From Macrostomum lignano (Eukaryota), in assembly GCA_002269645.1 (NCBI GenBank), contig NIVC01001980.1:152603-216602 (forward strand): 64,000 nucleotides of DNA, read 5' to 3'. The notes beneath the pieces are model-generated. The model did no database searches. It was not told where the DNA came from and saw only the letters and a list, made by a program, of their open reading frames with translations. The translations under genes were made by a program, and so were the position numbers. Each line of letters begins with the position of its first letter. Positions within the stretch are counted from its first letter, which is position 1. Below are positions 61,351 through 64,000 of the stretch, piece after piece.

Positions 61351-63517
61351 CACTCGCGCAGGTTGCAGAACAGGCGAGGCCAAAGTCACCAAAGGCTACC
61401 GCCTGCCGGCACGCTTCATCATCCACACCATCGGGCCCCGCTACAACGCCAAGTATCGCACAGCAGCGGAGAGCGCCCTGTACAACAGCACCCGAGCCGT
61501 GCTGGAACAGGTGCTGGATCGCGGCTTGGACACTCTCGGCTTGGCCCCAATTCATTCCATTAAGCGCGGCTATCCGCCAGAGGAAGGCGCCCATCTCATT
61601 CTGCGCTGTTTGCGCCGATTTCTTGAACGACACGGCGACGGCCTGAGCCGCCTGGTTTTGGCTACCAGCGACCAGAACGGCGCCTGCTACCCGGAGCTGG
61701 CCGCCCTGTACTTTCCCCGCCGGCCGGCCGAGCTGCGTCAGTCAAAAATTGCCCTGGCCGGCGCCAATCTTGGCGGCCTAATGGGCGAACCGGTGCACCA
61801 GGGCCGGGGCATTCGGATTGCCGCTAATCCGCTTGGCGAGCAGCGGTGAGCGGCCTGTATTGAATTGAATTGGCTTCTTGATGTGCTCTGCATTTGTGTG
61901 GGATATGATAGCAGCTTACTGATGAAAGACAGCGCGTAGCACATCCGATGATGAAATCGTACCTAGGCTAAGAAGCATCTCAGAGTCACTTGCGTCGCCC
62001 CATGGTTATTTCGTATTCTTTGCAGTTAACAGAGGAAAATAGGCAAGAAGTGACTCTGAGACGACTCTAAAATGACGAGATGTCACGGTACAAGTCGCCA
62101 AAAAGTCATCAAAGAGTTGCCTTAGAGTCAATTTGAGGCGTTTTATTGCCTGCGACTTTAAAAAGACTCTGAGGCGCACCTGCGCCACTTTATCAATTAG
62201 AATTGCATTTCGCATATATCATAACTCTATTTAGTCTACTTGAGTTAGTAGAAAGTTAAGCGTCAACACAATACCTCTTGGACGAATTTTTTTGCGGCTC
62301 TTACGATTCTGCAGCTCACGTGATGCGCTCCTGACTCTCTAGAGTCACTAGTGAGTTGTTTGCAATGACTCTAGCTATTCTTGTCACGGTAAAGTTTTCA
62401 GTGGGAAGGGTAGCGGTAGAGTAGCACTGTTTTAGGCAACTGACATTCTATTCAGTTTGTAATGTCACTTTCCTGTCGGCAGCGACTGCTCCCGCGAGTC
62501 CAGCCCGTCTCCGCCACCGTCCGAGGCGGCGATGGGTGATCAAATTGAGACGGCAGTCGCTGCCACGGCCAGTGTCCTCGCTGGCTACGGCGCTGAGCAG
62601 GACTCCGGACTGGCGGTGTCCGGCGTCGGGTCTCACGCCTTCGCCCGCATGGAGCAGAATCCCGACAGCGACGCTAGTCGTTGGCAGAAGCGCGTCGGCA
62701 GTAGCAGCGGCGGCGGCGGCGCCGGCGGTGTAGGAAAAGGTGCGGGAGGCAGCGGACGAGTCAACGCTGGTGGCAGGCGACAGTCCGCTGACGTGATTCG
62801 CGCCGATCAGGTTCTGTCTAGCGAGCGTCGCTACGATCGTTGGTTGCGCCGGGCCAGGTTGGGCTTGCCAGTGCTGTGTACTTCTGTATTTTCTGTACTC
62901 TTGTGTAATCCTGTTTTATGATATATTGTTGAGTCTTGAGATGGAGATGAAGTGCACGCTGGCCTGCTGCGGCCCGATTTCAAGATCAGTGACGAGCGAG
63001 TTTTAAACGCACGCATGGTTGATGCGCATCAAGATTAATTTGAGGCTAAATTGGAATCTCGGCTTGGCTCTGCTCGTGTCAATTAAAGGCCTTTAGGGCC
63101 AGCCCCCAAGCACAGTGAAGTGTACAATGTACATGCTAATGAAGTAGGGCCGCTGTACACTCCTGTGCCAGTCTGGGCCTGCCTACTTACCGGTGTACGT
63201 GCTCAGAGGTCAGCTAAACTGACCTTCATTTTTTCTTATTGCGATTTACACGTATAAAATCAATTCGATTATTTCCGCAGGCAGCAGGACCTCAGCCGGC
63301 TGCGGGCCGCCCGCTGTCTATTCCACAGCGGCCACGATGTCCATGGCCGGCCAGTTATTGTTGTCATAGGGTCCGGATGCCGCCATTGGCTCAGCGCAAC
63401 TACGAAGATTTGGCTCTGCTAGTGTTGAGCGTGCTGGAGCCGCTGGTTGGCCAGCCATACGTGCTGCTGTACGCGCACTGCGGCTACGATGCGCTGCCGC
63501 ATTCCGCTTTTCTGAAG
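60141..63517 (+). CDS. GDAP2: GDAP2 (macro domain + CRAL-TRIO), 5' part; exons 60141-60316, 60563-60705, 61362-61845, 62483-62857, 63281-63517; continues beyond the window
   Basis: INSKLVLW/SGDLATLKATAIVNVSNE, CRTGEAKVTKGYRLPARFIIHTIGP, KRGYPPEEGAHLILRCLRRFLE, LYFPR, VGSHAFARME, GHDVHGRPVIVVIG; one apparent 1-nt deletion near 63373. Confidence 0.93.
60725..61350. repeat. Compound (TATC)/(TATG)/(TACC) microsatellite filling GDAP2 intron 2
   Basis: Seen directly; contains internally duplicated blocks. Confidence 0.97.
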
Positions 63518-63589
63518 GTGCGCAAACTCGGCCTCTTTATTTGCCGTGAAAGGGTAGACGGGCGAGTAGAAGGGGTACAGATAAAGGGT

Positions 63590-64000
63590 TGAGATGGAGA
63601 AAAGAAGAGTAGAAATAAAGAGAGACAGGCTTGAAATGGAGTGAGGGAGGGTAAAGATGGAGTGAGGGAGGGTAAAGATGGAGTGAGAGGGTAAAGATGG
63701 AGTGAGGAGGTAAAGATGGAGGAGATGAGGGAGGGTAAAGATGGAGTGAGGGAGGTAAAGATGGAGTGAGGAGAGGTAGAGATGGAGTGAGGAGGGTAGA
63801 GATGGAGTGAGGAGGCGGTAGAGATGGAGTGAGGGAGGGTAAAGATGGAGTGAGGGAGGGTAAAGATGGAGTGAGGGAGGTAGAGATGGAGTGAGGAGGG
63901 TAGATATGAAGATGGGAGGCTTGAGATGGAAAGAGGTAGGGTAGAGATGGAGAGAGGGAGGCTTGAAATGTAGAGAGGTAGGCTAGAGGTGGAGAGAAGT
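63590..64000. repeat. ~21-bp purine-rich minisatellite (GATGGAGTGAGGGAGGGTAAA)n
   Basis: Tandem copies in GDAP2 intron 5, degenerating toward the window end. Confidence 0.9.

Noticed and set aside
61975-62380. Cluster of AGAGTC/GACTCT inverted motifs in GDAP2 intron 3
   Set aside because: May be a small MITE, but termini and TSD could not be fixed.

Overview
Eukaryotic (metazoan) genomic DNA with GC-rich exons in AT-rich, repeat-packed introns; the style suggests a flatworm such as Macrostomum, but that is inference only. Six host genes can be assembled by eye: an intronless calbindin/calretinin-like hexa-EF-hand gene, a dynein light chain roadblock gene, a 9-exon ESRP/fusilli splicing regulator, a 6-exon inositol monophosphatase, an OSER1-like gene and the first five exons of GDAP2. 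Mobile DNA: a young full-length Ty3/gypsy LTR element inside the last IMPase intron (201-bp LTRs, ACAC TSD, GGGAAAC -1 slippery site); a 1.25-kb tyrosine-recombinase-only Ngaro-type element with A1...B1-A2-B2 split direct repeats; a ~960-bp TIR element carrying an intact spliced THAP mini-gene; a ~3-kb Helentron/HINE-like element; several hAT, Tc1 and Harbinger-type MITEs; a tRNA-derived SINE; and a pair of inverted ~370-460-bp repeats about 12 kb apart enclosing a decayed unknown ORF. There are about 20 micro/minisatellite arrays, many starting just after splice donors. Most long ORFs in the supplied track are repeat artefacts. No CRISPR, rRNA or bona fide tRNA gene was found.
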